NCBI GenBank assembly: GCA_044360135.1
Contig: JBIKKX010000006.1
Span: forward strand, 10,028 to 74,027
Source of the DNA: Cyanobium sp.
Lineage (GTDB): Bacteria > Cyanobacteriota > Cyanobacteriia > PCC-6307 > Cyanobiaceae
Direction of reading: 5' to 3'
Length of the DNA stretch: 64,000 nt
Below, in pieces: positions 17,091 to 26,869 of this stretch (within the stretch, counting starts at the first letter, position 1; each line of letters opens with the position of its first letter). The notes beneath the pieces were generated by a model. It saw nothing but the letters and a program-made list of their open reading frames with translations. It did not search any database and was not told where the DNA came from. The position numbers were made by a program, and so were the translations under genes.

Positions 17091-17163
17091 TGGAGCCAAG
17101 CGGACTCGAACCGCTGACCCCCTGCATGCCATGCAGGTGCTCTACCAGCTGAGCTATGGCCCC
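17091..17163 (-). tRNA. tRNA-Ala (anticodon GGC)
   Basis: The reverse complement is GGGGCCATAGCTCAGCTGGTAGAGCACCTGCATGGCATGCAGGGGGTCAGCGGTTCGAGTCCGCTTGGCTCCA. It folds as a cloverleaf: 7-bp acceptor stem with the G3:U70 alanine identity pair, anticodon loop AT-GGC-AT and T-loop GGTTCGAGTCC. CCA is not encoded. Confidence 0.95.
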
Positions 17164-17304
17164 GTGGGATGCGTGTGGCGACCGCAGCGCTGGTGGGGAG
17201 GTCCGCTGGACAACCCTCGCTGCGGCTGGCCCGGAAGCCTTGCCGTTCGCTCCATGAGCTTACACCTTGGCCTGCCGCCCCCAGCCAGCGGGGCGGGCAG
17301 GTTG

Positions 17305-17958
17305 TCACACCTGGCGCCAGACCGCCACCAACTTGCCCTGCACCAGCACCTCGTCGGCCGGCAGGCAGAGCGGGGCGTAGGCGGGGTTGGCGGCCTCAAG
17401 GCGCACCTGGGCCCCCCGGCGGTGGAAGTGCTTGAGGGTGGTGCCGCTGCCGCTGACGGTGGCGCAGACGATCGTGCCCTCCCGCAGGCTGGCGGGATCA
17501 GCCACGGGCTCCATCAGCACCACGTCGCCATCGGCGATGTGGGCGTCGACCATCGAGTCGCCGTTGACGCTGAGGGCGAACAGTCCGCGCTTCTCCAGAA
17601 CCGGCGCCAGGTCCAATCGCTCACGCACGTCGTCGTAGGTCTCGATCAGGCCACCGGCGGCCACGGCGCCGAGCACCGGGATGCCATCGCCCGCACCGCC
17701 GCCGAGCAGCTGCAGGGTGCGGGCCTGACCCTCCTGCCAGGTGATCCAACCCTTCTGCTGCAGATGGCGCAGCCGGCTCTGGACCGGCGCCGGCGAGCGC
17801 AGCCCCATCGCCTCCATCATCTGGCGGATCGAAGGGCTGTGGCGGTGCTGCTGGATGTAGCGCTCCAGCCAGTCGTAGAGCTCCTGCTGGGCGCTGGTGA
17901 GCGGCTCCAGCGGCGGGGCTGAGGTTCCCTGGGGGGCGGGGCGCGACAGGGCAAACAC
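17305..17958 (-). CDS. lexA: LexA-like repressor (S24 peptidase family)
   Basis: The N-terminal wHTH is LTSAQQELYDWLERYIQQHRHSPSIRQMMEAMGLRSPAPVQSRLRHLQQKGWI. A cleavage-site-like VAAGG is present. The catalytic region reads SVNGDSMVDAHIADGDVVLM ... VQGKLVAVWR. Confidence 0.9.
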   Translation of the reverse strand: MFALSRPAPQGTSAPPLEPLTSAQQELYDWLERYIQQHRHSPSIRQMMEAMGLRSPAPVQSRLRHLQQKGWITWQEGQARTLQLLGGGAGDGIPVLGAVAAGGLIETYDDVRERLDLAPVLEKRGLFALSVNGDSMVDAHIADGDVVLMEPVADPASLREGTIVCATVSGSGTTLKHFHRRGAQVRLEAANPAYAPLCLPADEVLVQGKLVAVWRQV

Positions 17959-18045
17959 GAGCAGTACGGATGAACCAACCCCGTTCTGCCAGGTTCTGTG
18001 GCTTTTGTCCAGGCCTGAGGCCAGCGGCCCCGCCCAGAACGGCGC

Positions 18046-19026
18046 TCAGGGGGCCGCGAGCAGCGTGGCCAGCAGGGCCTGCTGGGCATGGAGCCGGTTC
18101 TCGGCCTGGTCGAACACCCGGCTGGCGCTGCCCTCGATCACCCCGGCGCTGATCTCCTCCCCCCGGTGCGCCGGCAGGCAATGGAGCACGATCGCCCGGG
18201 GATCGGCCTCGCTCAGCAGCGCCTCATCGAGGCACCAGCCTGCGAAAGCCTGCTCCCTGGCGCTCTGTTCCTGCTCCTGCCCCATCGAGGCCCAGACATC
18301 GGTGTAGATGGCCTGGGCTCCCCGCACGGCTTCGACCGGGTCGTGCACCACGGTGATCTCCGCGCCCGCCTGAGCCAGGGCCCGGGCCTGCTCCAGCACG
18401 GCCGGATCGGGGGCGAAACCCGCTGGGGTTCCGATGCTGACGCTCACCCCGAGCAGGGCCCCGCAGAGCATCAGGGAGTGGGCCACGTTGTTGCCGTCGC
18501 CGACGTAGGCCAGGCGCAGGCCCTGCAGCCGCTCCAGATCCAGCCCACCCTCGGCGCTGGCGGCGAAGGCCTCGGCCATGGTGAGGTAATCGGCCAGGGC
18601 CTGGCAGGGATGTTCGCGATCGGTGAGGGCATTGATCACAGGGATCGAGGCCCAGTGGGCGTAGTCCTCCAGATCCGTCTGGGCGAAGGTTCGGATCGCC
18701 AGGGCGTCGCAGTAGCGGCTCAGCACCCGCGCCGTGTCCGCCACCGGCTCGCCGCGCCCCACCTGGGTCACCGTCGGCAGCAGATCGATCGTCTGACCCC
18801 CAAGCCGGGCCATCGCCACGCTGAAGCTCACCCGGGTGCGGGTGGAGGCCTTGCTGAAGATCAGCCCCAGGATGCGGCCCTGCAGCAGACCCGGGCTACG
18901 GCCGGTCTTGAACGTCGCGGCCAGCTCCAGCATCGCCCTGGTCTGCTCGGCGCTCAGGTCGGCCGAGGACAGCAGATCGCAGCCCCTCAGGCTCGCGAGC
19001 ACGGAGCGATCGGCAGGGCTGGCCAT
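18046..19026 (-). CDS. argF: ornithine carbamoyltransferase
   Basis: Motifs FSKASTRTRVSF (carbamoyl-phosphate binding STRTR), HPCQALAD and HCLPAHRGEE (the ornithine-specific HCLP). Confidence 0.9.
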   Translation of the reverse strand: MASPADRSVLASLRGCDLLSSADLSAEQTRAMLELAATFKTGRSPGLLQGRILGLIFSKASTRTRVSFSVAMARLGGQTIDLLPTVTQVGRGEPVADTARVLSRYCDALAIRTFAQTDLEDYAHWASIPVINALTDREHPCQALADYLTMAEAFAASAEGGLDLERLQGLRLAYVGDGNNVAHSLMLCGALLGVSVSIGTPAGFAPDPAVLEQARALAQAGAEITVVHDPVEAVRGAQAIYTDVWASMGQEQEQSAREQAFAGWCLDEALLSEADPRAIVLHCLPAHRGEEISAGVIEGSASRVFDQAENRLHAQQALLATLLAAP

Positions 19027-19047
19027 CGGTGCGGCGCCAAAGATCCC

Positions 19048-20847
19048 TTATCGGAGATCGTCTGGCCTGTCGTCAAGGGGCTTGGGGGGGCCGAACAGGT
19101 AGCCCTGCCCGAAGTCGCAGTCGAGATCGACCAGCCGCTGCTTCTGGGCTTCGGTTTCGATGCCCTCGGCGATCACGCTCAGACCGAGTTCTCGGCAGAG
19201 TCGGGTGATCGCCTCGATCACGACGGTGCGGCTGCGATCCTGGCCCAGGGCGGCGGTGAAGCTGCGGTCGATCTTGATCCCATCCAGCGGCAGCTCACTG
19301 AGCAGCGAAAGGCTTGAGTAGCCGGTGCCAAAATCGTCGAGATGGATGCAGACCCCCGCCCGTCTCAGGGTGGTGAGGGCCTCGGCGGTGACCCTGGGCT
19401 GGGTGATGATCGCCGTTTCGGTGATCTCCAGCTGCAGACGGCTCGGGTCGATGGCGGTCCTGGCGCAGGCATCCAGCACCCGACCGGCATAGCCGGGTTC
19501 GCCCAGCTCCAGCGGACTGACATTGACGGCGATGGTCAGCCCAAGGCCATGGGAATCGTGGGCTTTCAGGCTCCTGAGGGCCTGCTCCAGAACCTGATGG
19601 CCCAGCTGGCCGATCAGGCGGCTGCGCTCGGCCTGGCTGATGAAATGGTCCGGGCTGAGCAGCACACCATCGAGGCCGGGCAGCCGCACCAGTGCTTCGT
19701 GACCGCGAATCGCACCGCTGCGCAATTCCACGATCGGTTGCAGGTGCAGGGTGAGCTCCCGCCGGGCCAGGGCCTGGCGCAGGGCCAGCAGCACGCGGGT
19801 GGCTTGCTCCTGGTGGCGGGCCAGGGAGTCGTCATAGATCCGGCCGCGCAGCATGTTGGAGCCCTTGGCGGCATACATGGCCTGATCGGCCTGGCGGATC
19901 AGCTCCTGGGCGCTCAGGTTGAAGCTGCCGGAAACGGGGTTGGCGAGGGCGATGCCGATGCTGAGGCTGGGGTGGATGATCTCGTCGCCGATGCTCCAGA
20001 CCTGACCCACCGCCTGCTGGAGCCGCTCGGCGATGTCCAGGGCCTGGCTGATCTGCTGAAGGTTGTGGCTGACGATCACGAATTCATCCCCGCCCAGCCG
20101 CGAGACCATGTCCTCTTCGCGGGTGGCTAGGCGCAGGCGTCTGCTGATTTCAATCAACAGTTCATCGCCGGCATCGTGGCCATGCACATCATTGACTTCC
20201 TTGAAGCGATTGAGATCGCAAAACATCACGGCGATGCTGCCGTTGTACTCCGCATCGCCAGCCAGGGCTGACTCCAGGTGTTCCATCAGGCCCCGGCGGT
20301 TGGGCAGGCCGGTGACGGGACATTCGCGCACCTGGGTGGCCAGATGTTGTTGGGTGCGACGCAGGCGATCATTGAGCGTTTCGATCTCCTGGCTGCGCTG
20401 CTGCAGCGACTCGCTGCGTGCCCAGAGTTCCTGGTAGGAAATCAAGGTGCTGATATCGCGAACGCAGAACACCAGGGCCGGCGGCTGTTCGTCGGGGATC
20501 GGATCCCACTGCAGCTCGATCACCTGCAAGGGGTCCTGGCTCAGCACCGAGATCTTTGCGCCGGTCTGGGCTGCGAGATCGCCGCCTCCCTGCTCGGGGA
20601 TCAGGGTTTCGCCATCGATCGGTTGGGGCAACAGGGAGGAGATCGAGCGGCCCAGACATTCGAGACGCTTTTTTCCGCAGAGCAGCAGAAAGGGCTCGTT
20701 GCACCACAGCAAACGACCACGACCATCACTGATGGCCAGGGCATCATGGATGGCGGCCATGGCCGCTTCCATCCGCCCTAACGTGCGTCGCAGTTGCTGG
20801 ATCAGGGTTGTCTCCTTTTCCATGGGAATGGCCATGGTGATTCCCAT
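19048..20847 (-). CDS. PAS-GGDEF-EAL signalling protein (c-di-GMP turnover)
   Basis: RLGGDEFVIV is the GGDEF motif. HEALVRL, QLEITE and DDFGTGYSSL are EAL-domain motifs. An N-terminal PAS-like segment reads LAISDGRGRLLWCNEPF. Confidence 0.9.
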   Translation of the reverse strand: MGITMAIPMEKETTLIQQLRRTLGRMEAAMAAIHDALAISDGRGRLLWCNEPFLLLCGKKRLECLGRSISSLLPQPIDGETLIPEQGGGDLAAQTGAKISVLSQDPLQVIELQWDPIPDEQPPALVFCVRDISTLISYQELWARSESLQQRSQEIETLNDRLRRTQQHLATQVRECPVTGLPNRRGLMEHLESALAGDAEYNGSIAVMFCDLNRFKEVNDVHGHDAGDELLIEISRRLRLATREEDMVSRLGGDEFVIVSHNLQQISQALDIAERLQQAVGQVWSIGDEIIHPSLSIGIALANPVSGSFNLSAQELIRQADQAMYAAKGSNMLRGRIYDDSLARHQEQATRVLLALRQALARRELTLHLQPIVELRSGAIRGHEALVRLPGLDGVLLSPDHFISQAERSRLIGQLGHQVLEQALRSLKAHDSHGLGLTIAVNVSPLELGEPGYAGRVLDACARTAIDPSRLQLEITETAIITQPRVTAEALTTLRRAGVCIHLDDFGTGYSSLSLLSELPLDGIKIDRSFTAALGQDRSRTVVIEAITRLCRELGLSVIAEGIETEAQKQRLVDLDCDFGQGYLFGPPKPLDDRPDDLR

Positions 20848-20913
20848 GGGGACGGTTGCCGCGGTTCTATGGCAGGACCAGGCTGAGACCTGCGCCGCCG
20901 CGGTCGTGATGAA

Positions 20914-21300
20914 TCAGGAGATCGCGGCATCGGCATCACCATCTTCGGGCAGGGGCGTGAGGGTGGCGCCAAACAACCAGCCATCATCACCAGACTCGGC
21001 GATGATGAAGTGCTCAGAAATCAGTTCGCGACCATCGCTGCAAACGGTATAGAGGCGCAGCGGATGACCAAGGACATGGGATTTGTGGGTGGATTGGTAG
21101 CGGGAAAACCCCAGGACATGGGACATCCGGAACGATTCCGGCAGGATCAGGGTGACCGGCTGGCCCAGCAGCTGCTCTTCGGTCCAGCCGTAAACCTCCT
21201 CGAAGGCCTTGTTGATCGCCAGGATGTTGCCGTTGTGATCAGCGAGCACGAAGGGGGCATCGCCTTCCTGTAGGGCCCGGATTGAGGGCGTTGCCGTCAA
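20914..21300 (-). CDS. single-domain PAS protein (start uncertain; the track ORF extends to 21447)
   Basis: PFVLADHNGNILAINKAFEEVYGWTEEQLLGQPVTLILP is a typical PAS S-box. The W/R-rich 49-aa N-terminal extension abuts the ftsH stop and looks non-coding. A TTG at 21300 is proposed as the start. Confidence 0.6.
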   Translation of the reverse strand: MTATPSIRALQEGDAPFVLADHNGNILAINKAFEEVYGWTEEQLLGQPVTLILPESFRMSHVLGFSRYQSTHKSHVLGHPLRLYTVCSDGRELISEHFIIAESGDDGWLFGATLTPLPEDGDADAAIS

Positions 21301-21447
21301 GTGTGATTCTGATCTGTTGATGCAGACTCTAGGGCTCAGGCGCTGGCCAGACCATCGCCACCCAGAAACGGAAACCTTCCGGGCGACGTTGGCTGAAACC
21401 CCTCGGGCCCAGCCCAAGCGGGCGACCTGGCTTTCCGGCCAGTCCAT

Positions 21448-23328
21448 TCAGGCCGCAGCAGGGATCTCCTCGGGGAGCACGCTGGCGGCCAGCAGATCGC
21501 GGAGCTCATCACCCTCGATCACTTCCTTCTCCAGAATCCTGGCGGCGATGCCGTCGAGCAGCTCCCGATTGCGGTGCAGGATCGCCAGGGCACGATCATG
21601 GGCGCGATCCACCAGGCAACGCACCTCCCGATCGATCGCCTGGGCGGTGGCGTCGCTCACCACCCGACGGGGGTTGTTGCCCCCACCAAGGAAGCGGCCG
21701 CCACCCTGTTTGTCATAGGCCAGGGGGCCGAGCACATCGCTCATTCCGTAGGTACCGACCATCTGTTCGGCGATGTCCGTGGCGCGCTGCAGGTCGTTGG
21801 CGGCGCCGGTGGTCACCTCGCCGAAGACGATCTCCTCGGCGCTGCGACCGCCCAGCAGGGTGGCGATCTGACCTTCGAGGTCGTCCTTGGAATTGAGGAA
21901 GCGCTCCTCGGTGGGCAGCTGCAGGGTGTAGCCCAGGGCCGCCATGCCACGGGGCACGATCGAGATCTTGGCCACCTTGCTGCCGCCGGGCATCAGGTGG
22001 CCAACGATGGCGTGACCCACCTCATGGAAGGCCACCACTTTCTTCTCATCGTCCTGAAGCACGCGGCTGCGCTTCTCAAGGCCGGCCACCACCCGTTCGA
22101 TCGCCTCGTTCAGATCCCCTTGTTCCACGGCGGTGCGTTTGGCCCGCGCTGCCAGCAGGGCCGCCTCATTGACAAGATTGGCCAGGTCGGCTCCGGCGAA
22201 GCCGCTGGTGGCCTGGGCGATGCGGTCGAGATCGACGGCCTCGGCCAGCTTCACCTTCTTGGCGTAGATGCCCAGGATGGTGCGACGGCCGGAGAGATCG
22301 GGGCGATCGACCAGCACCTGGCGGTCGAAGCGCCCCGGGCGGAGCAGGGCCGGATCCAGCACCTCAGGCTGGTTGGTGGCGGCCAGCACGATCACCGGTT
22401 TGTCCTTGGCGGCGAAGCCATCCATTTCGGTGAGCAGCTGGTTGAGGGTCTGCTCCCGCTCATCGTTACCGCCGACGACACCCATCGAGCCGGCGCGACT
22501 CTTGCCGATGGCATCGAGTTCGTCGATGAAGATGATGCAAGGAGCCTTTTTCTTGGCTTCGTCGAACAGATCGCGCACCCTGGCGGCACCGGCGCCGACG
22601 AACAGCTCGACGAATTCAGAGCCGCTGATGATGAAGAACGGCACCCCCGCTTCTCCGGCCACGGCTTTGGAGAGCAGGGTCTTGCCCGTTCCCGGAGGCC
22701 CCACCAGCAGCACCCCCTTGGGAATGCGGGCGCCGATCGCCGCGTAGCGCTCGGGGGTCTTCAGAAAATCAACGATCTCGGTGAGCTCGGTCTTGGCTTC
22801 ATCGACGCCAGCTACATCGGCGAAGGTGACCCGTGACTCCTCATCGGGGACATAAACCCTGGCCTTGCTTTTGGTGAAGCTCAGGGCACCTTGGGCTCCG
22901 CCCATGCCACTACGACGCGCGAAGAACTGGAGCACGCCGATGAAAATCAGAGGCGGGACCACCCAGCTCAGCAGGGTGGTGAAGAAGCTGGGCTTGCGCG
23001 GCGGCGCCGCCGCAAATTCGACCCCGTGTTGTTCGAGCCGCTGCGGCAGCTCCATGTCGAAGATTGGGGTGGTCGCCAGCACGGTAGGGGCGCCTTCCTC
23101 GGGGGCCTTGATCAGCTCGTAGCGGATCTGATCGGAGGTGATGTAGGCGCGTTTGACATTATCGGCATTCACCTGATCGATGAACAGCGAATAGGGGACT
23201 CGCGGCACCTGCATCGCTGGGTTCGGCAGGAAGTTACTGAACAGCAGCAGCACGCCAAAACCGATCAGCAGCAGGTTGATCAGGCCAAAGCGCCTGCTGG
23301 GGCGGTTGTCGTCCTGGCGGATGGCCAT
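21448..23328 (-). CDS. ftsH: ATP-dependent zinc metalloprotease FtsH
   Basis: Walker [29 protein letters not shown], Walker [10 protein letters not shown], second region of homology (SRH) [19 protein letters not shown] and zinc site [10 protein letters not shown]. The start is set at MAIRQDDN (ATG 23328). Confidence 0.95.
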   Translation of the reverse strand: MAIRQDDNRPSRRFGLINLLLIGFGVLLLFSNFLPNPAMQVPRVPYSLFIDQVNADNVKRAYITSDQIRYELIKAPEEGAPTVLATTPIFDMELPQRLEQHGVEFAAAPPRKPSFFTTLLSWVVPPLIFIGVLQFFARRSGMGGAQGALSFTKSKARVYVPDEESRVTFADVAGVDEAKTELTEIVDFLKTPERYAAIGARIPKGVLLVGPPGTGKTLLSKAVAGEAGVPFFIISGSEFVELFVGAGAARVRDLFDEAKKKAPCIIFIDELDAIGKSRAGSMGVVGGNDEREQTLNQLLTEMDGFAAKDKPVIVLAATNQPEVLDPALLRPGRFDRQVLVDRPDLSGRRTILGIYAKKVKLAEAVDLDRIAQATSGFAGADLANLVNEAALLAARAKRTAVEQGDLNEAIERVVAGLEKRSRVLQDDEKKVVAFHEVGHAIVGHLMPGGSKVAKISIVPRGMAALGYTLQLPTEERFLNSKDDLEGQIATLLGGRSAEEIVFGEVTTGAANDLQRATDIAEQMVGTYGMSDVLGPLAYDKQGGGRFLGGGNNPRRVVSDATAQAIDREVRCLVDRAHDRALAILHRNRELLDGIAARILEKEVIEGDELRDLLAASVLPEEIPAAA

Positions 23329-23425
23329 CGAGCATCGGGCGGTATGGGGCCAGGCTAGGCGTCGCCTTGCCGGGCGCGGGGCCTCGTCCCGCCGGGTTCC
23401 CCGACCACCCCAGTCCAGCACCCCG

Positions 23426-24193
23426 ATGTGCGGCCGCTTTTCCCTCACCACCGGCCTCGATGCCCTGCTGCCCCGGCTGACGGGGGAGCTGCCGGTCGGA
23501 CTGGCCGAGCACTACGCGCCCCGTCCCCAGGTGCGCCCGGGGGAACCGGTGCTGCTCCAACGCCAGGAGCAGGGAAGGGTGGCGGTGGCCCTGGCGCTAT
23601 GGGGACTGGTGCCGGAGTGGTCGAAGGACCCCCGCGGCCTGCGCCGACCGATCAATGCCCGTGCCGAAACGGTGGCGGAGAAGCCCTTCTTCCGCGGTCC
23701 CTGGCGCCATCGCCGCGCCCTGCTGCCCGCCGACGGCTTCTACGAATGGCAGAGCCGCACCGATCCGACCAGCGGCCGGGCCTGGAAGCAGCCCTGGCTG
23801 TTCCGCCGCCGCGACCGCGCTCCCTTCTGGATCGGGGGCCTTTGGGAGCGATGGTGCGGGGCTGATGGCGGCGAACTAGAGACAGCGGTGGTGCTCACCA
23901 CCGCCCCCAACGACCTGCTGCGCCGTGTGCATGACCGGATGCCGGTGCTGATCCCCGATGGGCTTGAGGAGGCCTGGTTGGAGGCTGTTGATGGACCGGG
24001 CCTGCGGGCCCTGGAGCCCCTGATGGCTCCCTGGGACCCGGCGGCCTGGGAGGCGGTGAAGCTGGAGCCCTCGACGGGGCCTGTGGCCTCCAGGCCGCCT
24101 GCTTCGGCCCGGCAGGGCCCGCCGCCGGCCCCCGCCGGACGGACCGGAGCTCAGGCCGGGCCCCTGCAGCTGGACCTGCTCTCCGGGGACTAG
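23426..24193 (+). CDS. SOS-response-associated peptidase (SRAP/YedK family) with a Pro/Ala-rich tail
   Basis: The sequence starts MCGRFSL, giving the Cys2 nucleophile characteristic of SRAP. Other motifs are NARAETVAEKPFFR and DGFYEW. The track ORF start at 23276 is rejected as an upstream extension. Confidence 0.85.
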   Translation: MCGRFSLTTGLDALLPRLTGELPVGLAEHYAPRPQVRPGEPVLLQRQEQGRVAVALALWGLVPEWSKDPRGLRRPINARAETVAEKPFFRGPWRHRRALLPADGFYEWQSRTDPTSGRAWKQPWLFRRRDRAPFWIGGLWERWCGADGGELETAVVLTTAPNDLLRRVHDRMPVLIPDGLEEAWLEAVDGPGLRALEPLMAPWDPAAWEAVKLEPSTGPVASRPPASARQGPPPAPAGRTGAQAGPLQLDLLSGD

Positions 24194-24254
24194 GCCGGAG
24201 GGCGAAGGCTCGAGGCCCGAGCTCCGCTAGACCGTGGGGAGCTGATCGCCGCCG

Positions 24255-24509
24255 ATGAGTCTTGAGCAGTTGGATGCCTTCCTGGCCCAGGCCCGCCTCG
24301 ATCCCGACCTCTCCCTCCGCCTGCAGGATCCCGCCGACCCGCTCGATCTGGAGGCGTTCCTGGCCCTGGCCAGGGAGCGTGGTTTTCCTCTTGAGGAGGC
24401 GGATGTGATCGCCGCCCAGATCCGTGCCGAGCAGGCGCTCAGCGACACCGAGCTGCAGCGCCGCGCCGGCGAAGAGGCCCGCCGCCTGCGCCACTTCATC
24501 CCCGGCTGA
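24255..24509 (+). CDS. Nif11-domain small protein
   Basis: MSLEQLDAFLAQARLDPDLSLRLQ...LEAFLALARERGFPLEEADV...ALSDTELQ parallels the Nif11-type leader pattern (MSEEQLKAFLxKVKxDxxLQEKL...AKxAGFxIxxxDL...LSDxELE). Confidence 0.6.
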   Translation: MSLEQLDAFLAQARLDPDLSLRLQDPADPLDLEAFLALARERGFPLEEADVIAAQIRAEQALSDTELQRRAGEEARRLRHFIPG

Positions 24510-24528
24510 CCTCGCTCCCCTGCAGGGC

Positions 24529-25584
24529 TCAGAGGCTTTGCTCCAGGTACTCGCCCACCCGGCCCAGGTCCACGGTCACCGCTCCCCCCGGCCCGGCGAC
24601 GGGGCAGACGGCATGGCGGTAGTCGAGGCCGTTGATCATCGCCAGCTGGAAGAAGTCCGGCCGCACGCCGTGGTCCTCCTGGAACAGTTCCAGCACCCTG
24701 GCGGAGCCGCTGTGGAGCAGGTTGGTGAGGCTGGCGCCATGGGGCGCCACGATGTGGCTGGCTCCGCGGAACAGGGCGATCTGTTCGCTCAGGCTGAGCC
24801 GCTCGCTCTGCACGGCCACGAAACCGTGGGGTTCGAGCAGCGCCAGCAGGGCGTCCTCATTGGCCACCTGCCGCGTGGCCACGCCGCGGCGGGAGAGGTA
24901 GAGGCGTCGCGGTGGCGACAGCCCAGGCAACGGGGTTGCCTGGCTGAGTCGGTCGGCCAGCTTGCGGATCGCCCAGGGCGATGCCGCATCAAAGGGAGCC
25001 CCCCCCAGCCGTTGCCAGCGGTGGGCCACATAGGCGATCAACCGCTCCACGGCCAGTCCGCCCCGCCCCACCGGTCGGTGCCTGATCATCCGATCGGCGG
25101 GTAGGCCGAGCATGGCCAGGGATTCCCGTTGCCAGGCGGTGAGGGTTGCCGGAACGATCACCCGGGTGGGTTCGCCACTGCGTTCGCTGTGGTCGTCCGC
25201 TGCGATCAGTCTGGGCAGGCCATCGAGGAACCAGTGGTAGAAGCTGCCGGTCCACTGGCGGCTGTCCACCAGGGAGCACACAGCACCGCGGAGCTGTTCC
25301 TGGGCCGGCAGGAGCGAGCGCAACCGCAGGGAACGGCGAAGCCGTGGCGTGATTTCCATGAGGTGCAGCGTTTCCTCGACGATCTGGCGGTTGCGGGCCA
25401 CGCCGACGAGATTGATGCTCAGCAGGCGCGCCTTGCTCTCCAGTCGGTAGGCCTGGGGATCGAGAAGAATCGGCTCGAGGAACTCGGCAATGCGGCCGAG
25501 CGGCTGATTCCAGGGGTTGGCCAGCCGGTAGTGGCAAGGCTGGCGGCCGTGGAGTTCCACGACCGTCGGATCCACTGATGTCAT
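24529..25584 (-). CDS. glycosyltransferase family 61 / DUF563-like protein
   Basis: SFYHWFLDGLPRL and GASHIVAPHGASLTNLL match the GT61 (DUF563) signatures as I recall them. The 4-nt overlap with the ribD stop suggests an operon. Confidence 0.65.
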   Translation of the reverse strand: MTSVDPTVVELHGRQPCHYRLANPWNQPLGRIAEFLEPILLDPQAYRLESKARLLSINLVGVARNRQIVEETLHLMEITPRLRRSLRLRSLLPAQEQLRGAVCSLVDSRQWTGSFYHWFLDGLPRLIAADDHSERSGEPTRVIVPATLTAWQRESLAMLGLPADRMIRHRPVGRGGLAVERLIAYVAHRWQRLGGAPFDAASPWAIRKLADRLSQATPLPGLSPPRRLYLSRRGVATRQVANEDALLALLEPHGFVAVQSERLSLSEQIALFRGASHIVAPHGASLTNLLHSGSARVLELFQEDHGVRPDFFQLAMINGLDYRHAVCPVAGPGGAVTVDLGRVGEYLEQSL

Positions 25585-26810
25585 GGGCCCGGTTGCTGCT
25601 GGCTGATCGGGTGATCCGATCGGCCACGGTCGTCAGTTTGGATCGTCATCTCGGTGTCATTCGGAGGCTCCAGCTGCCACACCAGATCGTCTCCGAGCCT
25701 CATGGTTCCCAGCCCGTGCCAAATCGGAGCCTGATCGACCCTGGCGAGGCCGAGGTCGGCGAGGGGCGTTCGAGCCGCCGAGCCCCCCAACAGCTTGGGG
25801 GCCACCACCGCCGCGACCTCCTGCACACATCCCTGGCGCAGCGCCGCAGCGGCGAGTTCGGGTCCGCATTCCCACAGCACCTGGTTGCAACCCCGGGCCG
25901 CCAGGGCCTTGAGAAGGTCGGCCGGTTCGCATGCCGCCAGTTCCAGGTGCTCCACGCCCCGTCGATCGAGCAGGGCCAGGGTGCTGGAGGCGGCCGATGG
26001 CGCGCTGCCTCCAGCCCCAGGCGCAGGGGGGCCGTGGGCCACCAAGGTGGCTGCCACGCCCTGATCCCAGAGTCGGGCCGCTGCCGGCAGATCCAGGCTG
26101 CGGCTCAGCACCACCCGCAGGGGTTCCGGCCTGCGCTGCCCCCGGCTCGTGAGCAAGGGGTCATCGGCCCGCACCGTGCCACCTCCCACGATCACTGCAT
26201 CGCATCCTGCCCGCAGCCGATGCACCCAGGCCCGGGCCTCCGGGCCGCTGATCCACTGGCTGTCGCCATTCGGCAGGGCGGTACGTCCATCCAGGCTCAT
26301 CGCCCATTTCAGGATCCCCAGGGGGCGCCCGCTGCGAACGCGATGGATGAAGGCCCGATTGAGCCGCAGCGCTTCGGCCTGCCCCACCGCTTCGACCACT
26401 TCAAGACCGGCCTCCCGGAGTCTGGCGATGCCAGCGCCGGCCACCCTCGGGTCAGGGTCGGCCATCGCCACCACCACCCGCCGCAGTCCCGCGGCGATCA
26501 CCGCCTCGGTGCAGGGCGGGGTGCGGCCATGGTGGCAACAGGGCTCGAGGCTGACCACCAGGGTGCCGCCCCGAGCCCTTTCCCCGGCTTGGCCGAGGGC
26601 ACCCACCTCGGCGTGGGGTTCGCCGGCGCGGGCGTGAAAGCCCTCGCCCACCAGTTGTCCTGAGGCATCCAGCACCAACGCTCCCACCATCGGGTTGGGA
26701 CTGGTCCGACCCGCTCCCAACGCCGCCAAAGCCAGGGCTCGTCGCATCAAGCCCAGCCAGGGGCTGGCCGTCGCGGCGGCGGTTGGGTGGGATGGGGGGC
26801 TGGGGAGCAT
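25581..26810 (-). CDS. ribD: bifunctional riboflavin biosynthesis deaminase/reductase RibD
   Basis: Deaminase motifs TSPNPMVGALV, HAEVGAL and SLEPCCHHGRTPPC, followed by a C-terminal reductase domain (KWAMSLDGRTA, VIVGGGTVRADDPLLT). The start could instead be the internal Met at 26747. Confidence 0.9.
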   Translation of the reverse strand: MLPSPPSHPTAAATASPWLGLMRRALALAALGAGRTSPNPMVGALVLDASGQLVGEGFHARAGEPHAEVGALGQAGERARGGTLVVSLEPCCHHGRTPPCTEAVIAAGLRRVVVAMADPDPRVAGAGIARLREAGLEVVEAVGQAEALRLNRAFIHRVRSGRPLGILKWAMSLDGRTALPNGDSQWISGPEARAWVHRLRAGCDAVIVGGGTVRADDPLLTSRGQRRPEPLRVVLSRSLDLPAAARLWDQGVAATLVAHGPPAPGAGGSAPSAASSTLALLDRRGVEHLELAACEPADLLKALAARGCNQVLWECGPELAAAALRQGCVQEVAAVVAPKLLGGSAARTPLADLGLARVDQAPIWHGLGTMRLGDDLVWQLEPPNDTEMTIQTDDRGRSDHPISQQQPGP

Positions 26811-26869
26811 GGAAGCGAACCCGGAGACCTGGTTTCGCGCCGATCGGCTGTGACGCGTAGGGACGGTGA

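Noticed and set aside
16656-17308. ORFs 16656-17087(+), 16883-17308(-), 16935-17132(-) and 17131-17922(+) overlapping the tRNA, its terminator and lexA
   Set aside because: They run through a well-supported tRNA gene or terminator, or lie antisense to lexA.
17963-17976. Possible LexA box AGTACGGATGAACC immediately upstream of lexA
   Set aside because: Only the left half (AGTAC) fits the cyanobacterial RGTAC-N3-DGTWCB consensus as I recall it. The right half reads GAAC instead of GTAC/GTTC, and the site would sit within a few nucleotides of the start codon. This is too weak to call.
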